A stretch of DNA of 64,000 nt from an uncultured Gammaproteobacteria bacterium (GCA_964503125.1 CAZCZE010000021.1:13207-77206), one strand, 5' to 3'. Positions 46,553-56,369 are shown, counted from the first letter of the stretch. Translations and numbers: made by a program. Notes: generated by a model from the letters alone, not told the origin.

Positions 46553-48445
46553 ATGAATCGCCCCCGCTCTTCGCGCCAGCACTACGACGTCTTCCGCAAG
46601 CACTACCGCGAGGGCACGCTCGACGACGTCACGCCGGGCGCGACGCCGGCCAAAGCGGCGCCCGGCGCGAAGCGCCGCGACTACCTCAAGGACTATCTGC
46701 GCTGGCTCTGGCCCGAGCGCTGGGCCGTCGTGGTCATCTTCTCGCTCGCGATCCTCACGGCGGGGCTCGAGATGATCGAGCCGCTGTTCATGCGCTTCAT
46801 CACCGACCGCGTCCTGCTCGACAGCACGGCCGCGACGCCCGACCGCCTGAGGCTCCTCAACCTCGCGGGCGGCGCGTTCCTAGGCGTCATCACGCTGTCG
46901 GCGGCGCTCAACCTCACCCGCGACTACCGCCAGCGCCTCGTCAACACGCGCGTGATGCTGTCGCTGCGGCGCTCGCTGTTCGAGCGGCTGCTGCGCTTGC
47001 CGCTCGCGACGCTCTGGGACATGAAGACCGGCGGCATCCTGTCGCGGCTCTCGGGCGACGTCGATTCGACGACGGGCCTGCTGCAAATGGCCATCGTCTC
47101 GCCGTCGATCTCGGTGATTCGCTTAGCGATCGCCGTGACCGTGCTCACGGTGTTGAACTGGCAGCTCGCGCTCGTCGCGCTCGCGGTCATTCCCGGTGCC
47201 GTGCTCATCAGCTTCACGTCGGCGAGGCGCATTCGGCCGATCTACCGCTCGATGCGCAAGGACGTCGAGGGCATCGACGGTCGCGTCGGCGAGACGTTCT
47301 CCGGCATTCGCGTCGTGCGCGCCTTCGGCCGCGAGCTGCGCGAGATGCTCGAGTACGCGCGGGGCCGCAACTCCCTCGTGCGCAAGGAGCTGTTCGCGCG
47401 CCGTCGCGAGCTCTGGCTCTGGACGTCGTGGGGCTTCGCGCTATCGGCCGTCAACGTCGCCATCGTCTGGTACGGCGGCCACCTCTACATGGCGGGCGAG
47501 GCTTCGATCGGCGACATCATGGCGTTCCAGTGGTATTCGTTCCTGCTGCTGAACCCCGTCTGGCAGATCGTCAACTCGTTCTCCGAGCTCCAGCGCTCGC
47601 TCGCGGCCACGGAGCGCGTGTTCGAGGTGCTCGCAATGCCGAGCGACAAACCCGACCGGCCCGACGCGCGCGACGCGCCGCCCGCCGTCCGCGAGATCGA
47701 GTTTAAGGACGTCGAGTTCGAGTATCGTGAGGGCCGGCCCGTTGTGCGCGAGTTCAACGTCAAGGTGCCGGGCGGCACCGTGGTCGCGCTCGTCGGCCGC
47801 AGCGGCGCCGGCAAGACCACGGTGACCGATCTCGTCGCGCGGTTTCACGACCCGACGCGCGGCCGGATCTTGCTCAACGGCGTCGACGTCCGCGACTTGC
47901 GGCTGCGCAGCTACCGCGACCTGTTGGCGATCGTGCAGCAGGACGTGTTCCTGTTCGACGGCTCGGTGCGCGACAACATCGCTTACGGGCGCCACGCTGC
48001 GACCGACGCCGACGTCGAGGACGCCGCGCGGCGCGCCAACGCGCACGAATTCATCGTGAACCTGCCCGAGCGCTACGACACGTTCATCGGCGAGCGCGGC
48101 GTGAAGCTCTCGGGCGGCCAGCAGCAGCGGCTCGCGATCGCGCGCGCGATTCTCGCGGCGCCGCAGATCCTGATTCTCGACGAGGCCACGAGCAACCTCG
48201 ACACCGAGAGCGAGCAGCTCATCCAAGCGTCGATGGCCGAGCTGCTCAAGGGCCGCACGACGTTCGTGATCGCACACCGCCTGTCGACGGTGCGCCGCGC
48301 GGATCTCATCCTCCTCATGGACGACGGCCGCATCGTCGAGCGCGGCACGCACGCGGAGCTCATGGCGCGCCGCGGCCTGTACCACGAGATGGTCGTGCGG
48401 CAGATGGCCGCCGACAGCCAGGAAGTCGGCGCCGCGTGGCAGTGA
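46553..48445 (+). CDS. ABC exporter, fused permease/ATPase
   Basis: TM domain, GRSGAGKT, LSGGQQQR, ILDEATS, IAHRLST. Confidence 0.93.
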   Translation: MNRPRSSRQHYDVFRKHYREGTLDDVTPGATPAKAAPGAKRRDYLKDYLRWLWPERWAVVVIFSLAILTAGLEMIEPLFMRFITDRVLLDSTAATPDRLRLLNLAGGAFLGVITLSAALNLTRDYRQRLVNTRVMLSLRRSLFERLLRLPLATLWDMKTGGILSRLSGDVDSTTGLLQMAIVSPSISVIRLAIAVTVLTVLNWQLALVALAVIPGAVLISFTSARRIRPIYRSMRKDVEGIDGRVGETFSGIRVVRAFGRELREMLEYARGRNSLVRKELFARRRELWLWTSWGFALSAVNVAIVWYGGHLYMAGEASIGDIMAFQWYSFLLLNPVWQIVNSFSELQRSLAATERVFEVLAMPSDKPDRPDARDAPPAVREIEFKDVEFEYREGRPVVREFNVKVPGGTVVALVGRSGAGKTTVTDLVARFHDPTRGRILLNGVDVRDLRLRSYRDLLAIVQQDVFLFDGSVRDNIAYGRHAATDADVEDAARRANAHEFIVNLPERYDTFIGERGVKLSGGQQQRLAIARAILAAPQILILDEATSNLDTESEQLIQASMAELLKGRTTFVIAHRLSTVRRADLILLMDDGRIVERGTHAELMARRGLYHEMVVRQMAADSQEVGAAWQ

Positions 48446-48454
48446 GGCGCTACG

Positions 48455-48664
48455 CTAGCGCTTGCCCGTGAACACGAGCAGGCCGAGGCCCGCGACTGCG
48501 GCGACCGCACCGCCGATGAGGTACAGCATCGTCTGATCGCTGTACTCACCCGTCAGCGTCTCACGCACCTCCTCGAGCGGCGCGTCGGTTGCTTGGAACC
48601 CGAAGTACAGCGCTATGGCGCCCGCGACGAGCAACACGAGGCCGGCGATCTTCTTGCTGGGCAT
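48455..48664 (-). CDS. DUF3185-like small membrane protein
   Basis: Two TM helices flanking EVRETLTGEYSDQTMLYL. Confidence 0.75.
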   Translation of the reverse strand: MPSKKIAGLVLLVAGAIALYFGFQATDAPLEEVRETLTGEYSDQTMLYLIGGAVAAVAGLGLLVFTGKR

Positions 48665-48670
48665 GATGGG

Positions 48671-50188
48671 CTACTCCGGTAACGCACACTCGAAACTCGT
48701 GGCATCGTTGGTGTCACCGCGGCCTTCGTAGCGCGCCACCTGCGGGTGTGGGCACAGCGGCCGCGTCATGGCGACGTTGCCGTCGCGCACGGCGCGTGCG
48801 GTGATGCTCGCGGGCTTGACTCCCTTCTCGACCCAGCCCGCAAGCGCCGCCATCCAGTCGACCTGATCGGGGCCCACTCCGCCGCGGCAGTGGCCGACGC
48901 CCGGCAGCATGAAGAGCCGCAGGTAGTCGTCGGTGAGCGCCGCACCGTCGCCGCCCGTGGTCTTGCTCGCGAACTCGACGACGTCGTCGTAGTACTCGAG
49001 CGTCTGCTGCGGCATGACGCCGGGATCGTTCCAGCCGTGCCAGACGATGAGCTTGCCGCCGGCGGCCTTGAAGTCGCGCAGATCGGGATCGACGGCATTC
49101 AAGACGCCGAACAGCTTCGCGTCGATGAGGTCGACGTCGGAGTCGAAGTCGAACGTCTTCCAATCCCAATTCGGATTCTCGAAGCCCAAGCCGTTGAGCA
49201 CCGCGCCCGAGATCGCGAACGGCGTTTGGCCGTTCATGAGCATGCCCCACCCCGGATTGCCGGGCTGCGGGCCCTCGCCGCCGGGCTCGAGGCCGGCATA
49301 GATCTGCGCGCCCGTGCGCGGATTCACGGCGCCCTGGTAGGCAAGCTCGAGTGCCTCGATCTGCGGCGCACTCAAGCCCGGCACTTTGCTCGGATCGAAA
49401 TCGCAGGTACTCGGATCGGTGAGGATTCCATCTTTGACCCCATCGTTGGCGTCGCACTGCGCGAGCGCGGCTTCGCCCACGCGCGTGAGGTCCTCGCGCG
49501 TCAACACGGCACCGGGCTTCTTGAGCGTGGCGTGCGCCATCCAGAGCTGTCCCATGTGCAGCTGTGTGAAACGGTTGACCGGCGCGCCGGACGCGATGCC
49601 GTCGTAGTCGTCGGGATAGCGTTGCGCGGTCATGAGGCCTTGCCGCCCGCCCGTCGAGCAGCCGTTGAAGTACGAGTACTCGGCCGCCCGCCCGTAGTGC
49701 GCCTCGATCACGGCTTTCGCCTTGACGGTCATCTCGTGGATCGCGCGATAACCGTAGTCGATGACGCGCTGACGGTCGGCCATCCAGGTCGTGTCGGAAG
49801 CCACGTGACCCGTGTCCGTCGACGACGAGGCGTAGCCCGCACGCACGGCTTCGGCCATCGCGGGATAACTGATGATGCCGGCGAGCCCGCCGCCGCCGAC
49901 GGCTTGGAAGCGGCCGTTCCAGGCGCTGCCCTCGGGCAACCAGACCTCGAAATTGATCGCCGGCGCCACCGTGCCCGCGACGCGACACATAGCCGGCACC
50001 GCCAGGGGCTGCTGCATGCCGGGCGCCGCGAAATTACCGGCGGCGACACGCTCGGCGACCGTGATTTTCGCCTCCGGGAGCGCGAGCTTGGCTAGCTCTG
50101 CGCACGCCGTCGCGGCGTAAGCCGGCGCGCCGAAGCAGAACGAAACGGCAGATGCGAGCGTCGAGAGCGTGAGCAACGGGCGCTTCAT
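48671..50188 (-). CDS. Tannase/feruloyl esterase-family hydrolase, secreted
   Basis: NGCSTGG, HGWND, PGVGHC, RPLCPHP. Confidence 0.93.
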   Translation of the reverse strand: MKRPLLTLSTLASAVSFCFGAPAYAATACAELAKLALPEAKITVAERVAAGNFAAPGMQQPLAVPAMCRVAGTVAPAINFEVWLPEGSAWNGRFQAVGGGGLAGIISYPAMAEAVRAGYASSSTDTGHVASDTTWMADRQRVIDYGYRAIHEMTVKAKAVIEAHYGRAAEYSYFNGCSTGGRQGLMTAQRYPDDYDGIASGAPVNRFTQLHMGQLWMAHATLKKPGAVLTREDLTRVGEAALAQCDANDGVKDGILTDPSTCDFDPSKVPGLSAPQIEALELAYQGAVNPRTGAQIYAGLEPGGEGPQPGNPGWGMLMNGQTPFAISGAVLNGLGFENPNWDWKTFDFDSDVDLIDAKLFGVLNAVDPDLRDFKAAGGKLIVWHGWNDPGVMPQQTLEYYDDVVEFASKTTGGDGAALTDDYLRLFMLPGVGHCRGGVGPDQVDWMAALAGWVEKGVKPASITARAVRDGNVAMTRPLCPHPQVARYEGRGDTNDATSFECALPE

Positions 50189-50364
50189 GTTCTTGGTTCC
50201 TTGTCAGGTGGACGCCGGGCCCAACGCCGGCGGAGCTCTTCAGCCGAAAAGCATAGGGCGTTTACCGCTGCGCTGTCACGAGTTTTGCCAAGACACGTCC
50301 GCTCGGGGTCCCGTTCGTCGGGGCTGCGCTACCATGGCCCGCAACGATCTCGAGGGGGTGTCAC

Positions 50365-51627
50365 ATGTCGAGCGTTTCGAAGCTTGCTGCCGCGTCCGTC
50401 GGCATGGTCGCGGTCATCGCCGCAGCCTGGCCCAGCGCCACGCTGGCCGGTTCGCTCCCGACCGCCCGGCCCGAGGAGGTCGGGTTGTCGTCCGAGCGGC
50501 TCGCGCGTATCGGCCCAGCGATGCAAAGACACATCGACGCCGGCGAGATCGCGGGCGTCGTGACGCTCGTCGCGCGCCGCGGGCGAATCGCGCATTTCGA
50601 AGCGTACGGGTTCGCGGACATCGCCAAACGCACGCCGATGCGCACCGACCACATCTTCGGCTTGGCGTCGTCGTCGAAGCCGATCACGGCCGTCGCTATC
50701 ATGATGCTCGTCGAAAGCGGCGAGATCCGGCTGACGGATCCCGTCTCCAAGTTCATCCCCGAGTTCGCGGCGCCGGCGCAGGTCGCCGTGCCGAAACAGG
50801 GGGGACCCGAGGGCTCCTACGATCTCGTGCCGGCGACACGACCGATCACGGTCGCCGATCTTCTGAAGCACGGTTCCGGCCTGGTCAGCGGCGGCCTCGG
50901 CGCCCGCGCGGCGAACACCATCGCGCCGCGCACGCCTCAGGACACGCTGGTCACGTACATTGCGAAGCTCGGCGCCGTGCCGCTCGATTTCCAGCCGGGC
51001 ACGCTCTGGCGCTACAGCGGCCTCGCGGGCTTCGATGTGCTGTCACGCATCGTCGAGGTCGCGTCGCAGCAGACGTTCGACGAGTTCTTGCGCGAGCGCA
51101 TCTTCGAGCCGCTCGACATGCCCGATTCGGGGTTCTACTTCACGGGCCGGCAGGTGGACCGCCTCGCCATGATGCACGCGCGGCGCGACGGCAAGCTCGA
51201 GCCGGCACCGCGCGAGCTGTCCCAAGTGTATTTCTCGGGCGCCGGCGGGCTCGCCACTTCGGTCGAGGACTATCTACAGTTTACGCAGATGCTCTTGAAC
51301 GGCGGCGAGCTCAACGGGCGCCGCTTGCTCGGCCCGCGCACGGTTGAGCTCATGACGGCCAACCACACGGGCGACATGGTCAACGGCCAGTTCGGGCGGC
51401 CTGCGCGCGGCATGGGCTTCGGGCTCGGCATGCAAGTCGTGCTCGATCCCGTGGCCGCGGAGCTTGCCGTCTCGAAAGGCGCGATTAGCTGGCCCGGCGG
51501 CACGGGCGTCGCTCATTGGATCGAGCCGGCCGAAGAGCTCGTGTCGATCTACTTCATCCAGGGCGGGCAAGGCGGCCCCGCGCGCCAGGCGTTCGAGAAC
51601 GCCGTGCGCCAGGCCATCATCGACTGA
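50365..51627 (+). CDS. Serine hydrolase (beta-lactamase class C/esterase family), secreted
   Basis: ASSSKPIT (SxxK), PGTLWRYS, SWPGGTG. Confidence 0.92.
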   Translation: MSSVSKLAAASVGMVAVIAAAWPSATLAGSLPTARPEEVGLSSERLARIGPAMQRHIDAGEIAGVVTLVARRGRIAHFEAYGFADIAKRTPMRTDHIFGLASSSKPITAVAIMMLVESGEIRLTDPVSKFIPEFAAPAQVAVPKQGGPEGSYDLVPATRPITVADLLKHGSGLVSGGLGARAANTIAPRTPQDTLVTYIAKLGAVPLDFQPGTLWRYSGLAGFDVLSRIVEVASQQTFDEFLRERIFEPLDMPDSGFYFTGRQVDRLAMMHARRDGKLEPAPRELSQVYFSGAGGLATSVEDYLQFTQMLLNGGELNGRRLLGPRTVELMTANHTGDMVNGQFGRPARGMGFGLGMQVVLDPVAAELAVSKGAISWPGGTGVAHWIEPAEELVSIYFIQGGQGGPARQAFENAVRQAIID

Positions 51628-51643
51628 TTCAGCGGCTCTACGC

Positions 51644-51835
51644 TCAGCGCTTGCGCCGGCCCGCGGCGCGCTTGAGGTTGACGGATTCGTGCGACGCCGA
51701 ATCCGCGAGCTCGCGCACGTATTCATCGTAGAGCGCGAGGTTGTCGCTGTCGCGGCTCACCACTTGCAGCACGGGCTGCACGTCGAGCACGTGCGTCTCG
51801 GCCCAGACGTCCCCTTGTTCGCGTCGGTTGCTCAT
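51644..51835 (-). CDS. Small hypothetical protein (63 aa)
   Basis: Fills an otherwise empty intergenic gap and has GC3-rich codons; no recognised motif. Confidence 0.45.
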   Translation of the reverse strand: MSNRREQGDVWAETHVLDVQPVLQVVSRDSDNLALYDEYVRELADSASHESVNLKRAAGRRKR

Positions 51836-51953
51836 TCGTCACCACAACAGCTGTATTAAGAGCACACGGTACGCGTAGAGGCGACGTGGCGCCTCGAAGG
51901 CCGTCACGATCGGACATAACGCATTCGGCGCGCCCACATGCGATGATTCGTGC

Positions 51954-53015
51954 GTGACCCGTCGCCCTGTAGCCGCCTCGGCAGCGATAGTCGCGCTCCT
52001 CGTGGGCGGCGGGTGCACGGACGTGACGCAATCTACTGAACCGCAATGGTCCTTGGTCTTGCACGGCGGCGCCGGCACCATTGAGCGCGCCGAGCTCACG
52101 CCCGACGTCGAGGCCCAGTATCGCGACGCGCTCGGCGAGGCGGCGAAGCGCGGCGGCGCCATCCTCGCGAGCGGCGGCTCGGCGCTCGACGCCGTGACGG
52201 CGACCGTGGCGTATCTCGAGGACAGCGAGATCTTCAACGCGGGACGCGGCGCGGTGTTCACGGCCGAGGGCCGCAACGAGCTCGACGCGTCGATCATGGA
52301 CGGGCGCACGCGCGCGGCGGGCGCCGTGGCCGGGCTCACGCGCACGCGCAACCCGATCCGCGCCGCGCGCGCGGTCATGGAGAGCTCCCCGCACGTGATG
52401 CTCGTAGGCGACGGTGCCGAGGCATTCGCGCGCTCGCAGGGGCTGGAGCAAGTCGAACCCGGCTATTTCTTCACCGAACGGCGCTGGCAGCAGCTACAGG
52501 AACTCCTACGGCAACAGAATCTGCCGTTGCCGCCGCGCCCCCCCGGCGCGCCACCCGCCGAGCAAGCGCGTGCCGCCGGAACGCCCGACGACCACACGTT
52601 CGGCACCGTCGGCGCCGTCGCGTTCGATCAAGCCGGCAACCCCGCGGCCGCCACGTCCACGGGCGGCACGACCGGCAAACGCTGGGGCCGCGTCGGCGAC
52701 TCGCCGATCATCGGCGCGGGCACCTATGCACAGAACGGCGTCTGCGGCGTGAGCGCCACGGGCACGGGCGAGTTCTTCATCCGCGCGGGCGTGGCGCGCG
52801 CGATCTGCGCGCGCATGGAGCTCACGGGCGAGAGCGCGGCGCAAGCAGCCATAACGGCGATCGCCGAAGTCGGCGCGCTCGGCGGCGACGGCGGCGTCAC
52901 CGTGCTCGACCGGAGCGGCCGACACGCCTGGGCGATGAACACTTCGGGCATGTACCGCGCGTATCTGGCCGACGGCGGTGAGCCGTCGATCGAGATTTAC
53001 GCGGGCGACGAGTAA
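51954..53015 (+). CDS. iaaA: Isoaspartyl peptidase/L-asparaginase (Ntn hydrolase)
   Basis: LHGGAG, FNAGRG, ELDASIM, GTVGAVA (Thr nucleophile), STGG, GRVGDSP, SATGTGE. Confidence 0.92.
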   Translation: MTRRPVAASAAIVALLVGGGCTDVTQSTEPQWSLVLHGGAGTIERAELTPDVEAQYRDALGEAAKRGGAILASGGSALDAVTATVAYLEDSEIFNAGRGAVFTAEGRNELDASIMDGRTRAAGAVAGLTRTRNPIRAARAVMESSPHVMLVGDGAEAFARSQGLEQVEPGYFFTERRWQQLQELLRQQNLPLPPRPPGAPPAEQARAAGTPDDHTFGTVGAVAFDQAGNPAAATSTGGTTGKRWGRVGDSPIIGAGTYAQNGVCGVSATGTGEFFIRAGVARAICARMELTGESAAQAAITAIAEVGALGGDGGVTVLDRSGRHAWAMNTSGMYRAYLADGGEPSIEIYAGDE

Positions 53016-53031
53016 CGTCGGCGCCTGGGGG

Positions 53032-53472
53032 TTATTGCTCGGCCTGCCCGCCTTCGACCGTCGGGTCGCCCGGCGTGCCGACGCCCGTCGAGCCCACGAA
53101 CAACCGCGAGCCGTCCTTGACGAGCGTCACTTGCGTGCCCGCGGCGCGGTGGGTGCGGTCGCGCGCTTGGAAGCCGCGGATGCGGATCTCGGTGCCGGCC
53201 GGCAGCGAGTCGCGGTTGAAGCCGCGGCGCAGCAGCGCATTCGGCGCAGCGCCTTCGAAAGCCCAGTCCTGCACCTCGCCGCTGTCGGTCTTTACGGTGA
53301 TGTAGATCCACGAGTGCGGATTGCTGAAGCGCATTTCCTTGACGACGCCGACGACCTCGACGGGCCGGTTGGCATCGAACTCCGAGGCGAACGAGTGGTG
53401 GCCCTCGCCGCGCGCGCCAGCGAGCAGCGCCGCGGCGGCAACGGCGGTCAAGAGCGATAGCTTCGCGTTCAT
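53032..53472 (-). CDS. DUF6152-like secreted protein
   Basis: Signal peptide then HHSFASEFD, FSNPHSWI, WAFE, LPAGTEIRIRG. Confidence 0.85.
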   Translation of the reverse strand: MNAKLSLLTAVAAAALLAGARGEGHHSFASEFDANRPVEVVGVVKEMRFSNPHSWIYITVKTDSGEVQDWAFEGAAPNALLRRGFNRDSLPAGTEIRIRGFQARDRTHRAAGTQVTLVKDGSRLFVGSTGVGTPGDPTVEGGQAEQ

Positions 53473-53481
53473 GGCTCCTCC

Positions 53482-54324
53482 TTACTTGATCGGTTCCTTG
53501 AGGAGCTCGCCGTAGAGCAACGGCTCGGCGAGCTCGACACATTTGTACTCGAAGATCTCGGCGTTCGGCTCGACGCGTCGATAGAGCGGCATCGCAATTT
53601 TCCAGGGCCGCGAGTAGGTGCGCGGATCGGCGATCGTCGCTTCGTACCAGAGGTGGTTGTCGCCCATCGGCGTGTAGCGCTCGGTCACGGTCATGCCCTG
53701 GTGGTAGTTGCCGGCGCGGTCGAGCCAGGTGTCGCGAATCTGGCCGAACACCTCGATGACGAGCGTCTCACCCTCCCAGTGGCCGTTCGACCAGCCGAGC
53801 CATTGATCGACGAGCACCTCCTGCGGATTCAAGTGGTTCGTCATGCGCACGGTGCGATTCGACGTGGCGAACTCGTAGACGAACATGATATCGCCGTCGC
53901 CCTGCACGATCTGGAACGGATACGGCAGGTACGTCGAGCGCGGAATGCCGGCGCGGTAGCACTTCGCCTCGGGATCGTTGGCGGGCCAGCCGGCGTGGTT
54001 CTCGTCGCGCTGCTCGAGGGCTTCGGGCAGGTACGGTATCGTGCCGCCCTCGACGACGCTCTGCCCCGGCGGCACGCCGAACAGCGCGCCGAGCCGCCAC
54101 TGCCCCGGCACGGCCTGCATCGGGCCGCCCTCAAGGTTCCAGTGCGCGGTGTTGAGCGCCTGCCACACACCGTTCAAGTTCGGATGGCCGTCGATGCGCG
54201 CGGGGCCCGAGATCGTCGGCGCTGCAGACGCGGCGGCCTGCTCGGTCGACGTCTCTGCGGCGGGGCCGCAGGCCGCGAGCAACGTGCAGCACGAGACGAG
54301 CGCAGCGAGTTTTCTTGTTGGCAC
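53482..54324 (-). CDS. Uncharacterised lipoprotein, partner of DUF6152
   Basis: Lipobox LLAAC; GHPNLNGVW, DPEAKC..G.P, GWSNGHWEGETLV, TERY, YSRPW, EYKC. Confidence 0.8.
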   Translation of the reverse strand: MPTRKLAALVSCCTLLAACGPAAETSTEQAAASAAPTISGPARIDGHPNLNGVWQALNTAHWNLEGGPMQAVPGQWRLGALFGVPPGQSVVEGGTIPYLPEALEQRDENHAGWPANDPEAKCYRAGIPRSTYLPYPFQIVQGDGDIMFVYEFATSNRTVRMTNHLNPQEVLVDQWLGWSNGHWEGETLVIEVFGQIRDTWLDRAGNYHQGMTVTERYTPMGDNHLWYEATIADPRTYSRPWKIAMPLYRRVEPNAEIFEYKCVELAEPLLYGELLKEPIK

Positions 54325-54342
54325 GGCTCGATACTCCGGCGG

Positions 54343-54531
54343 CTACTCGCGCTCGTGCTCTTGGCGGTTGGCCTGCGCCTCGCGCACGCGCGCTTCATAG
54401 TTGCGCTCGGCCGTGTCCTCCGCGGGCGTGGTCGCGACGACGATCGGCACCTGCGCCGCGGCGGCCGTGGGCATGACCACGCTGGCGCATACCACTGCCC
54501 GGCGCAACGCCGCCCATTCGCTGCTTCGCAT
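54343..54531 (-). CDS. Small secreted peptide (62 aa)
   Basis: AGGGGG before ATG 54531; signal-like region ending AAAAQ; charged helical tail. Confidence 0.5.
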   Translation of the reverse strand: MRSSEWAALRRAVVCASVVMPTAAAAQVPIVVATTPAEDTAERNYEARVREAQANRQEHERE

Positions 54532-54636
54532 AGCCCCCCTTCTACGCCGCGCGCTCGAGCGCGAGCGTTCTTTGCTCGATAGTAGTACTGCCTCTTCGGG
54601 CAGCACAACGGGGAGCCCGGCAAGCCGGCCGACGGC

Positions 54637-55155
54637 TCAGAGGCCGAAGGCGTAGAGCAGCGTGTCGTTGTACATGATCATTCGGCCGAAATAGATGACG
54701 CCGAACCAGGCGACGAGCGACACGACGGCCACGACCTTCGCGGCCGGCGCCGCGTCGCCCGCGGCGGGGACGGCTTCGGCGGCCCGCGCAATGCCCGTGA
54801 AGTAGTACGCCACGAGGTTGAGCGCGGCGATGAGGATCAGCAGCATCTTTATCTGGAACGCTAGATTGCCGAGGTAGGCCATCGGCCCGCCCGCGATGTT
54901 GCCCGTGACGAATACGAGCCCGGTGCCGACGTTCAACAAGAACCCCACCACGCCGACGGGGATGAGCTTCTCGAGGCTCGCAATCGGCACACCTTTGCCT
55001 AGGCCTAAGATCCGTAAGTCGAGCCAGCCGACCGTGCCGATCAAGAGCGCCATGCCGATGAAGTGCAGCATTTCGCAGATCGGCCACACCCAATCGTAGT
55101 CGTTGACGAGCTGCGCGAGCCAACCGAGGTCGAGTATTGCCGCCAACGCTTCCAT
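54637..55155 (-). CDS. DUF6644-like membrane protein
   Basis: WPICEMLHFIG, DLRILG, TGLVF, FQIKM, GRMI; 4 TM helices. Confidence 0.8.
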   Translation of the reverse strand: MEALAAILDLGWLAQLVNDYDWVWPICEMLHFIGMALLIGTVGWLDLRILGLGKGVPIASLEKLIPVGVVGFLLNVGTGLVFVTGNIAGGPMAYLGNLAFQIKMLLILIAALNLVAYYFTGIARAAEAVPAAGDAAPAAKVVAVVSLVAWFGVIYFGRMIMYNDTLLYAFGL

Positions 55156-55183
55156 CAGTGCCTTTCCCCAACGCGTCAGCGCG

Positions 55184-55699
55184 TCAGATGCCGAAGTAGT
55201 ACTCGATGAGGTACGGGTACGCCGTCAGACGACCCGCGATGATGGCGAGGCCCCAGCATGCCAGCGAGGCGATCGCGAGCTTGCGCGCCGACGCCGGGGC
55301 GTCGCCGGCGCTCGCGAGCTCGCTCGCGAACACCCGGTGGCGCAGCAACCGCATCACGAGCACGCCGCCTGCGACGAACACGAGCTTCGCGTAGAACAAC
55401 GGATTCGCGAGCATGCCCGTGGCATTGGCCGCGAGCAGCGCGAGGCCCGAGAGCGCGTTGACCCAGAAACCCACGTACATGACGGGAAACAGCCGGCCGA
55501 GCGGCGCGAGCGGAATGCCCTTCGCAAAACCGAGCAGGCGCAGCGCGACCGCGGAGCTCAGGCCGACGACCACGGCGAGGCCCATCGCGTGCAGCGACAG
55601 CACGAGTGTGTACGCCCAGAGCGACGGGGACTCGCGAACGAACGTGGGATAAGCGCTGTTCTCTATGGCTTCGAGGAGTTGCAGCACGGCTTCCGTCAC
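55184..55699 (-). CDS. DUF6644-like membrane protein (tandem paralogue)
   Basis: LSLHAMG, ALRLLG, SGLALL, FYAKL, GRLTAY; 4 TM helices. Confidence 0.8.
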   Translation of the reverse strand: MTEAVLQLLEAIENSAYPTFVRESPSLWAYTLVLSLHAMGLAVVVGLSSAVALRLLGFAKGIPLAPLGRLFPVMYVGFWVNALSGLALLAANATGMLANPLFYAKLVFVAGGVLVMRLLRHRVFASELASAGDAPASARKLAIASLACWGLAIIAGRLTAYPYLIEYYFGI

Positions 55700-55850
55700 C
55701 TCTCGGCCCACGCGCTTGCAGCAAGCGCCCAGGCGTCGTCGTTGTCGCGTGGCAATGTGTCACGCAACGGCGAGCGCGCTGAATACGTAGAAGCACGTAC
55801 GAGCGGTTGAGAGTCCGGCCCCGCCGGATCGAGTGGACGCGGCCCGCGCG

Positions 55851-56240
55851 TCAGCGCGTCTTGGAATCGCGTGCGCGGCGGATCAGGTCAGCCATCGCCT
55901 CGAGATCCGCCGGATCGAGCCGCCCCAGCATCTCGGCAATTCGCTCCAACGTGCGCGCCATTCCCTTTTCGAGGGTCGCGCGTCCTATCGTCGGGGCAGT
56001 CACGGCTTCGACGACGGAGAGCTCGGAGATGGAGACCGGCTCGCGTCGAGCCACGACGCTGAGCGTGCTCAACCGTTCCCACGTCAGGTCGCGCAACAAG
56101 GCCGCGTTCTTCAGGCCTCGGGACAGCCGATAGAACGCCAGGACAGCCTTTGGAAAGGTCGAGCGGCCGGAAGCGAGACCGGCCCGGGGCGGCCCCGAGA
56201 CTTCGTTTGCGCCGTTTTGCGGCCTGACACTGCGGGTCAA
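55851..56240 (-). pseudogene. MarR-family regulator with an internal in-frame deletion
   Basis: LTWERLSTLSVV...PVSISELS..EAVTAPTI runs directly into GRATLEKG; the rest of the recognition helix and the wing are absent. Confidence 0.6.
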
Positions 56241-56369
56241 TACGCCTGCCTAGTCCGAATGGACTACGTGCTTTTCGCATTTATATACGTGCATCACGCA
56301 GCTAAATATGGCCTTTTTGTGACGCGGGCGGCGTTTCCGTTCGTGGCATTTTGCAATGCTTCGCAACTA

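Noticed and set aside
56344-56359. Sigma-54 promoter upstream of the csrA-like gene (TGGCATTTTGCAATGC)
   Set aside because: GG-to-GC spacing is 11 nt or 6 nt, not the required 10.
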